This document shows, piece by piece, positions 21,530 through 31,544 of a DNA stretch of 64,000 nt. Made by a program: the position numbers and the translations under genes. Source of the DNA: Actinomycetota bacterium. Its GTDB lineage: Bacteria > Actinomycetota > Coriobacteriia > Anaerosomatales > PHET01. Within the stretch, counting starts at the first letter, position 1; each line of letters begins with the position of its first letter. The stretch covers positions 13,032-77,031 of the forward strand of contig JAJUJM010000004.1 in assembly GCA_029265315.1 (NCBI GenBank), written 5' to 3'. The notes beneath the pieces were generated by a model. That model was not told the DNA's origin. It searched no databases and saw only the letters and a program-made list of their open reading frames with translations.

Positions 21530-22802
21530 GAATCACGGCGCCGACCTCACGGACCGCCTCGCTCGCGCCGATCTCGGCGAGCGAGGCGCGCACGTCGGCC
21601 TCGCGCGCCGAGTGTGTGACGAACACGAGCTCGGCGGTCTCAGCGCCCTCCTCGCCGCGCTGTATGACGCTTGAGAGCGAGACGCCATGATCCCCGAACA
21701 CCTTCGCGCACGCGGCGAGCACGCCCGGCGCGTCGACCACGAGCAGGCGGACGTAGTAGCGGGTCTGAAGCGTTGCGATGTCCCTGACGGGATGGTGCTC
21801 GGTGCAGGTGCAGCCCACGACCGGCCTGCACCCCGTCTGGAGGTCACGCGCGATCTCGACCAGGTCACCGACCACGGCGGAGGCCGCCGGCAGCGAACCC
21901 GCCCCCTCGCCGAAGAACATCGTCTCACCGACGGCGTCGCCTACGACGTAGATCGCGTTGTACACGCCGTTCACGCTGGCGAGCGGGTGTGTCTCGGGGA
22001 TCATCGTCGGATGCACGCGTATGTCGGTGCCCTCGGCCGTGCGGTTGGCGATGGCGAGCAGCTTCACGCGATAGCCCACTTGGCGCGCGTACTCGAGGTC
22101 GGCGGGCGCCAGCGCTCGGATGCCCTCAGTGGGCACCTGGTCGAGCGTCACGCGCGAGTTGAACGCGATGGAGGCGAGGATCGCGATCTTGGCGGCTGCG
22201 TCATGCCCGTCGACATCGGCGGTGGGGTCCGCTTCGGCGAATCCTTTGGCTTGCGCCTCTGCCAGCGCGGTCGCGTAGTCGAGCCCGTCCTCGCCCATGC
22301 GGGTGAGCATGTAGTTGGTGGTGCCATTGACGATGCCCATGACGCGGGTGATCTCGTTACTCGTCAGCGAGTGCTTGAGCGGGCCGATGATCGGGATGCC
22401 GCCACCCACGCTCGCCTCGAAGCGGATGTCCACACCTGCCGCCTCAGCGGCCTCCATGACCTCTTCGCCATGCGTGGCGAGCAGCGCCTTGTTCGCGGTC
22501 ACGACGGACTTGCCCGCCCGCAGGGCCGCGAGCACCACCTCGCGGGCGACTCCCGTGCCGCCGATGAGCTCGATGACGACATCGATATCCGGGTCCGCGG
22601 TGACCTCGAACGCGTCCGTGGTGCACGCCTCCGGGTCCAACCCGAGCGCGGCGAAACGCTCGGTCGCGCGGTCAGCGAACCTCGTCAGGCGGATGTCGAC
22701 ACCGGCGCGCCGCTGGAAGTCCTCGCCATGTCGCCTGAGGATCTCGACCACACCCGATCCGACGGTACCCAGACCGATCAGACCCACACGGATGGTTCGC
22801 AT
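21513..22802 (-). CDS. hom: homoserine dehydrogenase
   Basis: ATG at 22802 (MRTIRVGLIGLGTVGSGV...). A C-terminal ACT-like domain is present. 429 aa. Confidence 0.92.
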   Translation of the reverse strand: MRTIRVGLIGLGTVGSGVVEILRRHGEDFQRRAGVDIRLTRFADRATERFAALGLDPEACTTDAFEVTADPDIDVVIELIGGTGVAREVVLAALRAGKSVVTANKALLATHGEEVMEAAEAAGVDIRFEASVGGGIPIIGPLKHSLTSNEITRVMGIVNGTTNYMLTRMGEDGLDYATALAEAQAKGFAEADPTADVDGHDAAAKIAILASIAFNSRVTLDQVPTEGIRALAPADLEYARQVGYRVKLLAIANRTAEGTDIRVHPTMIPETHPLASVNGVYNAIYVVGDAVGETMFFGEGAGSLPAASAVVGDLVEIARDLQTGCRPVVGCTCTEHHPVRDIATLQTRYYVRLLVVDAPGVLAACAKVFGDHGVSLSSVIQRGEEGAETAELVFVTHSAREADVRASLAEIGASEAVREVGAVIRVEDL

Positions 22803-22928
22803 ATCGCTCGACGTCCTTCCTGCGAGGTGATGTCGGGTCGACCTTGTGGTTCGGCCCCTGAGGATGACGCCCGCTATTCTAACCGACCCACAGCAGCGGG
22901 CGCGCATGCGACGCGGGCATCCTGCCGA

Positions 22929-23339
22929 TCAGTGCGCCCTGCTCGGCGCCGTCTCGCCGGAAACCCAGACGAGGTACTCGGCGAGGTCGGTCTGGAAGGC
23001 CGAAGGGCCCTCGCCATGGAGCTGGCGCCGGTACTCCGCGGCAGCGATCAGGTCGCTCGGGTCGTGGCGTGCCGCCTCGACCCACAGGGCGAGCTGCTTC
23101 AAGTCGCCGCCGGACAAGCGGATCGCGGCGAGCATCAACCGGCAGCTCACCATGTCCGAGAGCTCCGGGTCCCCGCTCGGGTCCTCGCCCACCAACGCGG
23201 ACAGGATGACCGCGGCGGGCTGGACGGTCTCGCCCTGGAACGCGTCACGCAGGCGCGCGTCGACCACCTCGGAACGCCAGAACGGCCGCTTGAGCGTCAG
23301 CTCGTCTGCGAGCGGCGCGCCCGCCACACCGTCAACCAC
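22929..23339 (-). CDS. hypothetical protein (136 aa)
   Basis: GTG start preceded by a strong GAGGTGGGG SD, 3 nt after the lysA stop. I recognised no motif. Confidence 0.45.
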   Translation of the reverse strand: MVDGVAGAPLADELTLKRPFWRSEVVDARLRDAFQGETVQPAAVILSALVGEDPSGDPELSDMVSCRLMLAAIRLSGGDLKQLALWVEAARHDPSDLIAAAEYRRQLHGEGPSAFQTDLAEYLVWVSGETAPSRAH

Positions 23340-23342
23340 GCC

Positions 23343-24704
23343 TCACCCCACCTCACACTTCAGGAGGTCCTCGTAGGTCTCGCGACGGACCACCCAGCGC
23401 CATCCGCCGTCTTTGACGAAGACGACGCCCGGGCGCACCTGCTTGTTGTAGTTGCTGCTCATCGACTGGCAGTACGCACCGGTGGCGCAGACGCACAGCA
23501 CGTCGCCCACCTCGGGGCACTGGAGCGGCGCGTCGTTGACCACGATGTCTCCGCTCTCGCAGTGCTTGCCGGCGACGGTGGCCACCATCTCGCGCGGCCG
23601 GTCAGCCTTGTTCGCGATGAGGGCCTCATAGTGTGCGTCGTAAAGCGATGTGCGGATGTTGTCCGACATGCCGCCATCGACCGCGACGTACGTGCGGATG
23701 TTCGGGATCTCCTTGATCGAGCCCACCGTGTACAGCGTGACGCCGGCGTTCGCCACGATCGAGCGCCCGGGTTCGACCGCCATCGCGGGCACCGTGAGCC
23801 CGTGCTTCTCGCACTCCTCCTTGATGCCGTCGACGACGACCTTGCCGTAGTCCTTTATGGTCGAGGGCTCATCGGGAAGCCCGTAGGCGATGCCCAGACC
23901 GCCACCCGTGTCGAGCATGCGCACCTCGACGCCAGTCTCCGCCTTGATCTCGGCGATGAACTCCACGATGACCTCGATGGCTTTCGCGAAGCTGTGGAGC
24001 GCGAAGATCTGGCTGCCGATGTGCATATGGAGCCCGTCGAAATCGAGCCCCGGTAGCTCAAGCGCCCGCTTGACCGCCTGCATCGCAAGTCCCTGGTTGC
24101 GGCCGAACCCGAACTTCGAGTCCTCGGCGCCGGTCATGATGAAGTCGTGGGTGTCGGCCTCCACGCCCGGCGTGACGCGGATGAGGATGCGCTGCCTCAT
24201 GCCACGCTCGAGGGCGAGTGCGTTCAGGCGCTCCATCTCCTCGAACGAGTCCACGACTATGCGGCCCACGCGTGCGTCGAGACACTCTGCAAGCTCATCG
24301 GGGGTCTTGTTGTTGCCGTGGACATAGATGCGTTCCATAGGGAATCCGGCGCGCAGCGCGAACGCGAGCTCCCCGCCGCTGGACACATCCAGACAGCAGC
24401 CCTCTTCCGCTACGATCCTGACCATCGCAAGCGACATGAACGCCTTGCCCGCGTACACGACGTCGACGTCAGGCCAGTGGTAGCGGGTCCACTTCACGTA
24501 CTCCGAGAGCTGGTGACGGATGGTCGCCTCGTCCATGACGTAGAGCGCCGTACCCGCGTCACGCGCGAGCTCGACCGTGTCCACGCCTCCGATCCACAGA
24601 TGTCCGTCACGGACTTCAGCGGTCATGGGCAGAACGCCCATGAGGTCATGGCCGGTCTTGTGGTCGGCGACCGATGGCGGGCGGGCGGTGGACGGCTTTC
24701 CCAT
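23343..24704 (-). CDS. lysA: diaminopimelate decarboxylase
   Basis: Group IV PLP decarboxylase (YAGKAF, HMHIGSQ, CESGD). ATG at 24704 was chosen because of the AAGGGG SD; later ATGs at 24641/24626 are possible. Confidence 0.9.
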   Translation of the reverse strand: MGKPSTARPPSVADHKTGHDLMGVLPMTAEVRDGHLWIGGVDTVELARDAGTALYVMDEATIRHQLSEYVKWTRYHWPDVDVVYAGKAFMSLAMVRIVAEEGCCLDVSSGGELAFALRAGFPMERIYVHGNNKTPDELAECLDARVGRIVVDSFEEMERLNALALERGMRQRILIRVTPGVEADTHDFIMTGAEDSKFGFGRNQGLAMQAVKRALELPGLDFDGLHMHIGSQIFALHSFAKAIEVIVEFIAEIKAETGVEVRMLDTGGGLGIAYGLPDEPSTIKDYGKVVVDGIKEECEKHGLTVPAMAVEPGRSIVANAGVTLYTVGSIKEIPNIRTYVAVDGGMSDNIRTSLYDAHYEALIANKADRPREMVATVAGKHCESGDIVVNDAPLQCPEVGDVLCVCATGAYCQSMSSNYNKQVRPGVVFVKDGGWRWVVRRETYEDLLKCEVG

Positions 24705-24808
24705 GCTGAGACCCCTTACGGACGAACAGCGATTCGTATACACTAATCCATGGAGTTAGCTAATGCTATTTCATCGCCGGTTGGCGGTCAAATCCTCCGA
24801 GTACACCG

Positions 24809-26521
24809 TCACATGCGCTCCGGCGCCCCGACGCCCAGCAGGCCGAGCGCGCACCGGAGTGCCCGACGGGTGGCGTCCACGGCGAACAGCCGCGCCCGCG
24901 TGAGGTCCGGGGCGTCCGGATCGATGACCCTGCACACCGTGTAGAACTGGTGGAAGGACGCCGCCAGCTCCTCCACGTACCGGGTGAGCTTGTAGGGGGC
25001 GAGCTCCCTTGCGGCCACATCGATGACCTCGCCGAAGCGGTCGAGCTCCCGCATCAGCGCGAGTTCGGCCTCACTGTCAAGCGGCGCGAGGTCCGCCTCG
25101 TCCAGAGCCAACGCCGCCACGACGTCGTCCACGGCCGCATCAGGGTTCTCGCCCGCCTCCTCGGCCGCTTTTCTCAGGATCGAGCAGATACGCGCGTGGG
25201 CGTACTGGACGTAGTAGACGGGGTTGTCGGCCGACTGCTCCTTCGCCACCGCGATGTCGAAATCGACCTGCTGGTCGGTGGAGCGGCGCAGGAACCAGTA
25301 GCGTGCCGCGTCCGCGCCGACCTCTTCGACGAGCTCCTCGAACGTGACCATCTCGCCTGTCCGCTTGCTCATTCGCACGGCCTCACCGTTGCGGAAGAGG
25401 TTGACGAGCTGGCCTATCACGATATCGAGTTGGCCCTCGTGCCCCAGGGCGGCTACCGCCGCCTGCATCCGCGCGACGTAGCCGTGATGGTCCGCACCCC
25501 AGATGTTGATGACCCGGTCGAAGCCGCGGTCGAACTTGTCTTTGTGGTACGCGATGTCGGCGGCGAAGTACGTGTAGCTGCCGTCCGCTTTGACGAGCAC
25601 GCGGTCCTTGTCGTCGCCGAAGGCCGTCGACCGGAACCACACAGCGCCCTCGTGGTCGTACACGTGTCCGCGCTCGCGAAGCTCCTCGATGGCGGTATCG
25701 ATCTCGCATGGGCCACCGTCCGCAGAGGCGGCGTGGAGTCGGCGCTCGGAGAACCACACGTCGAAGTCGACACCGAAATCGTGCAGCACCCGCTTCAGGT
25801 GCTCGAGCACCTGCGCGTACGCCTTCTCGCGGAAATACTCCTCGCGCGAGGCTGCGGACGCATCGAGCCAGCACGTACCTTCGGCGTCGAAGATCTCCCG
25901 TGCGATCTCCTTGATGTAGCTGCCCTGGTACCCATCTTCAGGGAACGGCTCATCGCTACCGCAGAACTCCAGGTAGCGCGCCGAGACACTGCGGGCGAAC
26001 AGGTCCATCTGCACGCCGGCGTCGTTGACGTAGAACTCGCGTTCGACCGACCAGCCCGTGTGCGCGAGCAGGCGGGCCACCGAATCGCCCAGTGCCGCCC
26101 ATCGGCCGTGACCCACATGCATCGGGCCGACCGGGTTGGCCGAGACGAACTCGACCTGGACACGCCGTCCGGCGCCTGAGTCGCTGCTGCCAAGCTTGGA
26201 GTCGGCTTGGCGCACGTGGCGGACGACTCGCTGCAGGGCCGTCGGCGAAAGTCTCAGGTTGATGAAGCCGGGGCCGGCGACTTCGACCGAGGCGATGTCC
26301 GGGTGGTCAGCCAGGCGACCTGCGACGATCTGCGCAACCTGACGTGGTGGCATTCCCGCCGCCTTCGCGCACTTGAGCGCGACGGTCGTGGCCCAGTCGC
26401 CGTGAGCGGGGTCGCGGGGGCGTTCCACGCTTGGCTCGGGAATCTCGACGAGTTCGAGCTCACCAGCATCGACCGCGTCTTCGATGGCCGCGATCACCAT
26501 GGATTCGATGGCTTCTCTCAA
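24809..26521 (-). CDS. argS: arginine--tRNA ligase
   Basis: Class I motifs PMHVGHGR and MSKRTG. TTG start as in the track. 570 aa. Confidence 0.93.
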   Translation of the reverse strand: MREAIESMVIAAIEDAVDAGELELVEIPEPSVERPRDPAHGDWATTVALKCAKAAGMPPRQVAQIVAGRLADHPDIASVEVAGPGFINLRLSPTALQRVVRHVRQADSKLGSSDSGAGRRVQVEFVSANPVGPMHVGHGRWAALGDSVARLLAHTGWSVEREFYVNDAGVQMDLFARSVSARYLEFCGSDEPFPEDGYQGSYIKEIAREIFDAEGTCWLDASAASREEYFREKAYAQVLEHLKRVLHDFGVDFDVWFSERRLHAASADGGPCEIDTAIEELRERGHVYDHEGAVWFRSTAFGDDKDRVLVKADGSYTYFAADIAYHKDKFDRGFDRVINIWGADHHGYVARMQAAVAALGHEGQLDIVIGQLVNLFRNGEAVRMSKRTGEMVTFEELVEEVGADAARYWFLRRSTDQQVDFDIAVAKEQSADNPVYYVQYAHARICSILRKAAEEAGENPDAAVDDVVAALALDEADLAPLDSEAELALMRELDRFGEVIDVAARELAPYKLTRYVEELAASFHQFYTVCRVIDPDAPDLTRARLFAVDATRRALRCALGLLGVGAPERM

Positions 26522-26619
26522 GAGATGGGGTCCTTCGTGTCAGCGATGGCACCGGAAGTCGTGCAGGTACGATACCCGATGAGCCGACCGAGTGCATCGT
26601 CAGAATGGTCCACCACGGG

Positions 26620-27087
26620 TCACTTGTGGTAGGGCTCTCCCCGTGCGATCCGGAACGCGCGGTAGAGCTGCTCGAGCAGCACGACCCGCGCAAGGTTGTG
26701 CGGCAGCGTCATCGGTCCGAGCGACAGCCGCTCATCGGCTCGCGACAGCACGTCCGCGGACAGGCCGAGCGAACCGCCGATCACGAACGTCACAGCGCTC
26801 CGGCCATCCAGGGCGAGGCGCTCAAGATGCTCTGAGAACTCGACACTTCCCAGAGCGCGACCATGGATGTCTAGAGCGACCACGTGCGTTCCCGGCCTGA
26901 TGGCGTCGAGCACTGCGCTGCCCTCCTCAGCCAGCGCGTGGTCGTCACCTCGCTTGCCCGGATCACGGTCGGCGACCTCGATGACGCGCACGTCTGCATA
27001 GGGCCGCAACCGCTTGAGGTACTCATCGGCCGCGTCCTTCCAGAAACGCTCCTTGAGTCTCCCGACCGCGATGACGGTGATGCGCAC
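26620..27087 (-). CDS. rlmH: 23S rRNA (pseudouridine1915-N3)-methyltransferase
   Basis: 155-aa SPOUT protein: (M)RITVIAVGRLKE...YLKRL...LPHNLARVVLLEQLYRA. Confidence 0.88.
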   Translation of the reverse strand: MRITVIAVGRLKERFWKDAADEYLKRLRPYADVRVIEVADRDPGKRGDDHALAEEGSAVLDAIRPGTHVVALDIHGRALGSVEFSEHLERLALDGRSAVTFVIGGSLGLSADVLSRADERLSLGPMTLPHNLARVVLLEQLYRAFRIARGEPYHK

Positions 27088-28574
27088 TAGCGGCGGTCCG
27101 CGTCCGAGCCCAGGGTCGCGGTGAGAGTCCGTCTCGTCTCGCCGCGAACGACCTCTATCCTCACCGTGTCGCCCACCTTGTGCTCGCGTATCCCCGCGAA
27201 GACGTCCTCGACGCTTCCCACCTGTCGTTCCCCGATCTGCACGATGATGTCGCCACGCTCGATCCCGGCCGCCTCGGCAGGCGATTGCGGCTGGACGAAA
27301 CGCACCAGAGCGCCTTCGGTCACCGGCAGGCCGAACTGCGAAGCGATGCTCTCGTCGACCGTCTGGGTGCTCACACCGAGATACGGGTGCGTCGCGCGTC
27401 CCGTCTCGATGATCTGCTCGGCGATGTCGATCGCGAAGTCCACCGGGATCGCGAAGCCGATCCCTGCGGACTGCGGCGCGCCCACCGCGCCCGAGGGCGA
27501 CTGGATCAGCGTGTTGATGCCGACGAGCCGTCCACGCTCGTCCACGAGCGCGCCGCCCGAGTTGCCGGGGTTGATCGCGGCGTCGGTCTGTATGAGGTTC
27601 GTGTACGTGGTGATGTCCTGAAGACCGCTGACCACGTCAGTACGGTTCAGCGCCGAGACGATTCCCGCGGTGACGGTCTTCTCCAGGCCGAACGGGCTGC
27701 CGACCGCCATCACATACTGTCCGACCTTCAAGTCCTTTGACGAGCCTATCTCGATCGCTGGGTATCCCTCGCCTTCGATCTTCAAGACCGCCAGGTCACT
27801 CGACGGGTCCGTGCCCACGACGGTGGCCTCGACGTCTTCGACGCCCACGGTGACCACTATCCGGTCGGCGCCCTCGATGACGTGGTTGTTCGTGAGGATG
27901 TGACCGTCGGGGCGGATGATCACACCCGAACCGTTGCCGGCCTCGCGCTCCACGCGCGTCCCGGTGAAGGGGTTGAAACCCTGGCTGACGATCGTGACGT
28001 TGACCACGGATGGCACGACCTTGGCGGCGACGGCCTCGCTCACGTCAGTGACGCGCCCCGTGGGGTTTATCGTCACCGTCGCCTCTCGTGAGCGCTCTTG
28101 TGGCACTGCTGAGAGCGGCCGCACGCCCGGGACCAGCCCCAACGCCCACACGAGCCCGGCTGCGACGAACAGCCCACCTACGACCGCTCCCATCGCCGCG
28201 GCCGTGATGACCGCGGCGCTCGACCAGCGCTTCTGCACCGCGGGCTCCTCACATGGTTCGTCGCCATCGCCGACGTAGTCGCAGACCGGAAGCGGCCCGG
28301 AACTGGAAGGCGGGGTCACCTGATGAGCTTCGATGTCGGCCAGATGGGTGTCGGCGTCGGCCATCCACGCGATCGACTCGCCTTCCGAGGCGAGCGGCTC
28401 TGGTTCAGAGTGGATGTGCCAGTCCGTGCGCTCGGCCTCGCGAGCCACGTCGGCCGGGGAACGCATCCCCGCAACCGGTCCAGGAAGTCCCGGCCCCACT
28501 GAGGGCGGCGCCGGCGACTCGTCGGCCGCAGGTCGGCCGGCGGTCTCGGATATCTGATCCCGATCGTCTTGCAT
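27087..28574 (-). CDS. membrane-anchored HtrA/DegP-family serine protease with PDZ domain
   Basis: One TM, trypsin-like core with HVIEGAD and GNSGGALVD, and a C-terminal PDZ domain (GDIIVQIGERQV). Confidence 0.88.
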   Translation of the reverse strand: MQDDRDQISETAGRPAADESPAPPSVGPGLPGPVAGMRSPADVAREAERTDWHIHSEPEPLASEGESIAWMADADTHLADIEAHQVTPPSSSGPLPVCDYVGDGDEPCEEPAVQKRWSSAAVITAAAMGAVVGGLFVAAGLVWALGLVPGVRPLSAVPQERSREATVTINPTGRVTDVSEAVAAKVVPSVVNVTIVSQGFNPFTGTRVEREAGNGSGVIIRPDGHILTNNHVIEGADRIVVTVGVEDVEATVVGTDPSSDLAVLKIEGEGYPAIEIGSSKDLKVGQYVMAVGSPFGLEKTVTAGIVSALNRTDVVSGLQDITTYTNLIQTDAAINPGNSGGALVDERGRLVGINTLIQSPSGAVGAPQSAGIGFAIPVDFAIDIAEQIIETGRATHPYLGVSTQTVDESIASQFGLPVTEGALVRFVQPQSPAEAAGIERGDIIVQIGERQVGSVEDVFAGIREHKVGDTVRIEVVRGETRRTLTATLGSDADRR

Positions 28575-28711
28575 GGTTCACCTCGACGAGATGTGATGGG
28601 GACGGGTTTGGTGCGATGACCAACCTACTATGTCCCCAACCCGGCGAGTCGCCGGATACACGGAATCGTCACGGCGACGTCGCAGACGCTTCACCAAGTG
28701 ACTCACGGACG

Positions 28712-30082
28712 CTAGCGGATGGCCGTACCAAGCCAACCGAGAAGCGGTCCTGCCGCCAACCCCAACGCAAGAGTCGCCCCCACACACATCGCCACAGCGA
28801 CCGAGCCGGCGACGGAAGGGGCGAGCGGGGCGCGCTCGGCCACCGGCTCACCGAAGAACGACGCGCGCACGATGCGCAGGTAGTAGGCGGCCGACACGAC
28901 GCTCGTGAGCACGGCGACCACGACCCACGGCGCGAAGCCTGCACCCAAGGCCGCCTGGAACAGGGTGAGCTTTCCGAAGAAGCCGACGAGCGGCGGTATG
29001 CCGATGAGCGACGCCAACATGACGACCGCGCCCCAGACCGCCGCGGGCCTTCGCGAGAACGCGCCGGCGAAGTCCTCGACGAGGACCCCCTCCTCCGCCA
29101 CGAGCAGCATCATCCCGAGCGATGGGACGGCGTATGCGAACGCGTAGAAGACGGCCGCCGCATATCCGGCTGCGCCGGCGCCCGCCGCTGCGAGCATCAG
29201 GTAGCCGGTGTGCGCGACGCCCGAGTACGCCATCATGCGCCGTACGTCGGTCTGGGTCAGGGCGGCCAGGTTGCCGAGCACCATCGAAGCCACCGCGGCC
29301 ACAAGGACGATGGTGGACACCACCGGCGCAGTGGCAGCGACCGACGCCAGCAACCTGACGAACGCGACCGCACCTGCGACCTTCGGTGCCGTGGAGACGA
29401 ACGCGACCGTCCACGGTTCCGCACCTTCGTAGGCATCCGGGGCCCAGTAGTGGAACGGAGCGGCGGACAGCTTCGCGAACAGGCCGACGAAGGCGAGCAG
29501 CACGGCGAGAAGCCCCAGCACGCCTGCGCCGGACAGGTCGAACCCGGCCATGCGGGTGGTCCCGGTGACGCCGTAGAGGAACGACAGCCCGTACATCATC
29601 ACAAGCGACGTGAGCAGCGAGAGCAGGAAGTACTTCAGTGCCCCCTCGAGTCCTTCGACGCGCTCGCGGCGATAGCCCATGAGCACATACGCGGGCATCG
29701 TGGCGAGCTCGATCGCGAGCACGAGCGTGACGAGGTCCGTGGCCGCCGACATCAGCATCGCGCCGAGGGTGGCGAACAGGGCGAGCGCCGTGGCCTCGCG
29801 GGTCCGCCCCTGGCCACGCGCAGCGGTCCAGAGCAACCATACGGCCGAAAGCGCCGCCGTCCCGGCGCGAGCGAACCGTGCGGTCGAATCGAACGCGAGC
29901 GCGCCGCCGAACAGCGCTTCGCCGGCCGGCTGGACCACGACGGCCGCGCACGCGACAGCCGCCAAAGCAGCGCCGGCGATGGCGGCGCCACGGTCACGGC
30001 CCGGCAGCGCCGAGGCGAACAGCGCCCATGCCACGCCGACCAGGACGAGCAGCTCGGGTATGAGGAGCCCGTAGCCGGTCAT
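28712..30082 (-). CDS. nuoN: NADH-quinone oxidoreductase subunit N
   Basis: 456-aa antiporter-like polytopic protein, last gene of the nuo operon. Confidence 0.88.
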   Translation of the reverse strand: MTGYGLLIPELLVLVGVAWALFASALPGRDRGAAIAGAALAAVACAAVVVQPAGEALFGGALAFDSTARFARAGTAALSAVWLLWTAARGQGRTREATALALFATLGAMLMSAATDLVTLVLAIELATMPAYVLMGYRRERVEGLEGALKYFLLSLLTSLVMMYGLSFLYGVTGTTRMAGFDLSGAGVLGLLAVLLAFVGLFAKLSAAPFHYWAPDAYEGAEPWTVAFVSTAPKVAGAVAFVRLLASVAATAPVVSTIVLVAAVASMVLGNLAALTQTDVRRMMAYSGVAHTGYLMLAAAGAGAAGYAAAVFYAFAYAVPSLGMMLLVAEEGVLVEDFAGAFSRRPAAVWGAVVMLASLIGIPPLVGFFGKLTLFQAALGAGFAPWVVVAVLTSVVSAAYYLRIVRASFFGEPVAERAPLAPSVAGSVAVAMCVGATLALGLAAGPLLGWLGTAIR

Positions 30083-31543
30083 CTAGCCACCCACCAGTTT
30101 CGCCAGCGCTGTCATGGCGGGGTCGGTGAAGCGCAGCAGCGCGTCCCAGTTCAGTCCGATGACGACGATCAGCGCGACGAGCGGCGCGACCGTGACGATC
30201 TCGCGCAGGTTCGCGTCGGGCTGGTCGGCCACGATGTGGCTGGGCTGCCCCATGACCACACGCTGCAGCATCCAGAGCATGTAGGCGGCCCCGAAGAGCA
30301 CGCCGAGCACGCCCACGATCACGAGCCAGGCCGCCACGCCGGTCGACTGCCACGCGCCCAGCAGCGAGAGGAACTCACCCACGAAACCGGAAAGGCCCGG
30401 CAGACCCATGCTCGCGAACGAAGCGAACGCCATGAGCCCGGCGATGACCGGGACCTGGTTGGCAAGGCCGGACAGGTCGGCGATCTGCCGCGTGTGCGTA
30501 CGGTCGTAGACCATGCCGATCATGAGGAAGAGCATGCCCGTGGTCAGACCATGGCTGATGTTGACGGCCATCGCGCCATTGAGGCCCGCGGCCGTGCCTG
30601 AGGCGATACCGAGCATCGCGAAGCCCATGTGCGAGACGGACGAGTACGCCACGAGCTTCTTCACGTCGGTCTGCGCGAACGACACCGCGGCGCCGTACAC
30701 GATCGAGAAGACCGCGATCACCGCGATGGCGAACTGCCACGACGCGAACCCCTCGGGGAGGACGGGCAGCGACACACGCAGAAAGCCGTACGTGCCCATC
30801 TTGAGCAGGACGCCGGCCAGCAGGACGGACCCGGCCGTGGGAGCCTCCACGTGAGCATCAGGCAGCCACGTATGGAGCGGGAAGACCGGGACCTTCACCG
30901 CGAAGCCCAGGAAGAACGCGGCGAACAGCCACCACTGGACTTCTGAGGGCAGCTTCGCGCCGAGTCCGGCCAGTTCGGTGAGGCTGAAGGTGCCCAGTTG
31001 CAGACGCAGCGCGATGATGCCGATGAGCATGAACACGGAGCCGAGCAACGTGTACAGGAAGAACTTGATCGCCGCGTACTCGCGCCTGGGACCGCCCCAC
31101 TGTGCGATGAGGAAATACATCGGGACGAGCACGAGCTCCCAGAACACGTAGAACAGCACGAAGTCCAGCGCGGCGAACACGCCGTTCATGCCCACCTGCA
31201 GGAGCAGAAGCATCGCGAAGTAGAACGCGGGCTTCTTGTCGACCTTCCAGCTCGCGAGCACGGCGAGCATCGTGAGGAGCGCCGACAACGCCACGAGCGG
31301 CGCCGACATGCCGTCGACCCCCAGCGCGTAACGGATGCCGGCCTGCGGCACCCAGTCGACATCGGTCACGAACTGCATCGCGGCAGACGCGGCGTCGAAG
31401 CTCGCGATCATGATCCCCGCGAGCACGAGGTCGGCCGCGGTGGTCGCGAGCGCGATCCACTTCGCGAGGTGTGCCTGGCTCTTCGGCAGCACCGCGCACA
31501 GCAGCACCCCGACAAGCGGCAGGAAGACGATCCAGCTCAGCAC
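30083..31543 (-). CDS. nuoM: NADH-quinone oxidoreductase subunit M
   Basis: 486-aa antiporter-like subunit with the HTWLPDAHVEAPTAGSVLLAG motif. Confidence 0.9.
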   Translation of the reverse strand: MLSWIVFLPLVGVLLCAVLPKSQAHLAKWIALATTAADLVLAGIMIASFDAASAAMQFVTDVDWVPQAGIRYALGVDGMSAPLVALSALLTMLAVLASWKVDKKPAFYFAMLLLLQVGMNGVFAALDFVLFYVFWELVLVPMYFLIAQWGGPRREYAAIKFFLYTLLGSVFMLIGIIALRLQLGTFSLTELAGLGAKLPSEVQWWLFAAFFLGFAVKVPVFPLHTWLPDAHVEAPTAGSVLLAGVLLKMGTYGFLRVSLPVLPEGFASWQFAIAVIAVFSIVYGAAVSFAQTDVKKLVAYSSVSHMGFAMLGIASGTAAGLNGAMAVNISHGLTTGMLFLMIGMVYDRTHTRQIADLSGLANQVPVIAGLMAFASFASMGLPGLSGFVGEFLSLLGAWQSTGVAAWLVIVGVLGVLFGAAYMLWMLQRVVMGQPSHIVADQPDANLREIVTVAPLVALIVVIGLNWDALLRFTDPAMTALAKLVGG

Positions 31544-31544
31544 G

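Noticed and set aside
26522-26619. T-box, lysine riboswitch or attenuator leaders upstream of argS, lysA, glyA and thrB/hom.
   Set aside because: The spacers are about 60-125 nt, too short for T-box or L-box elements, and lack the conserved boxes I know.
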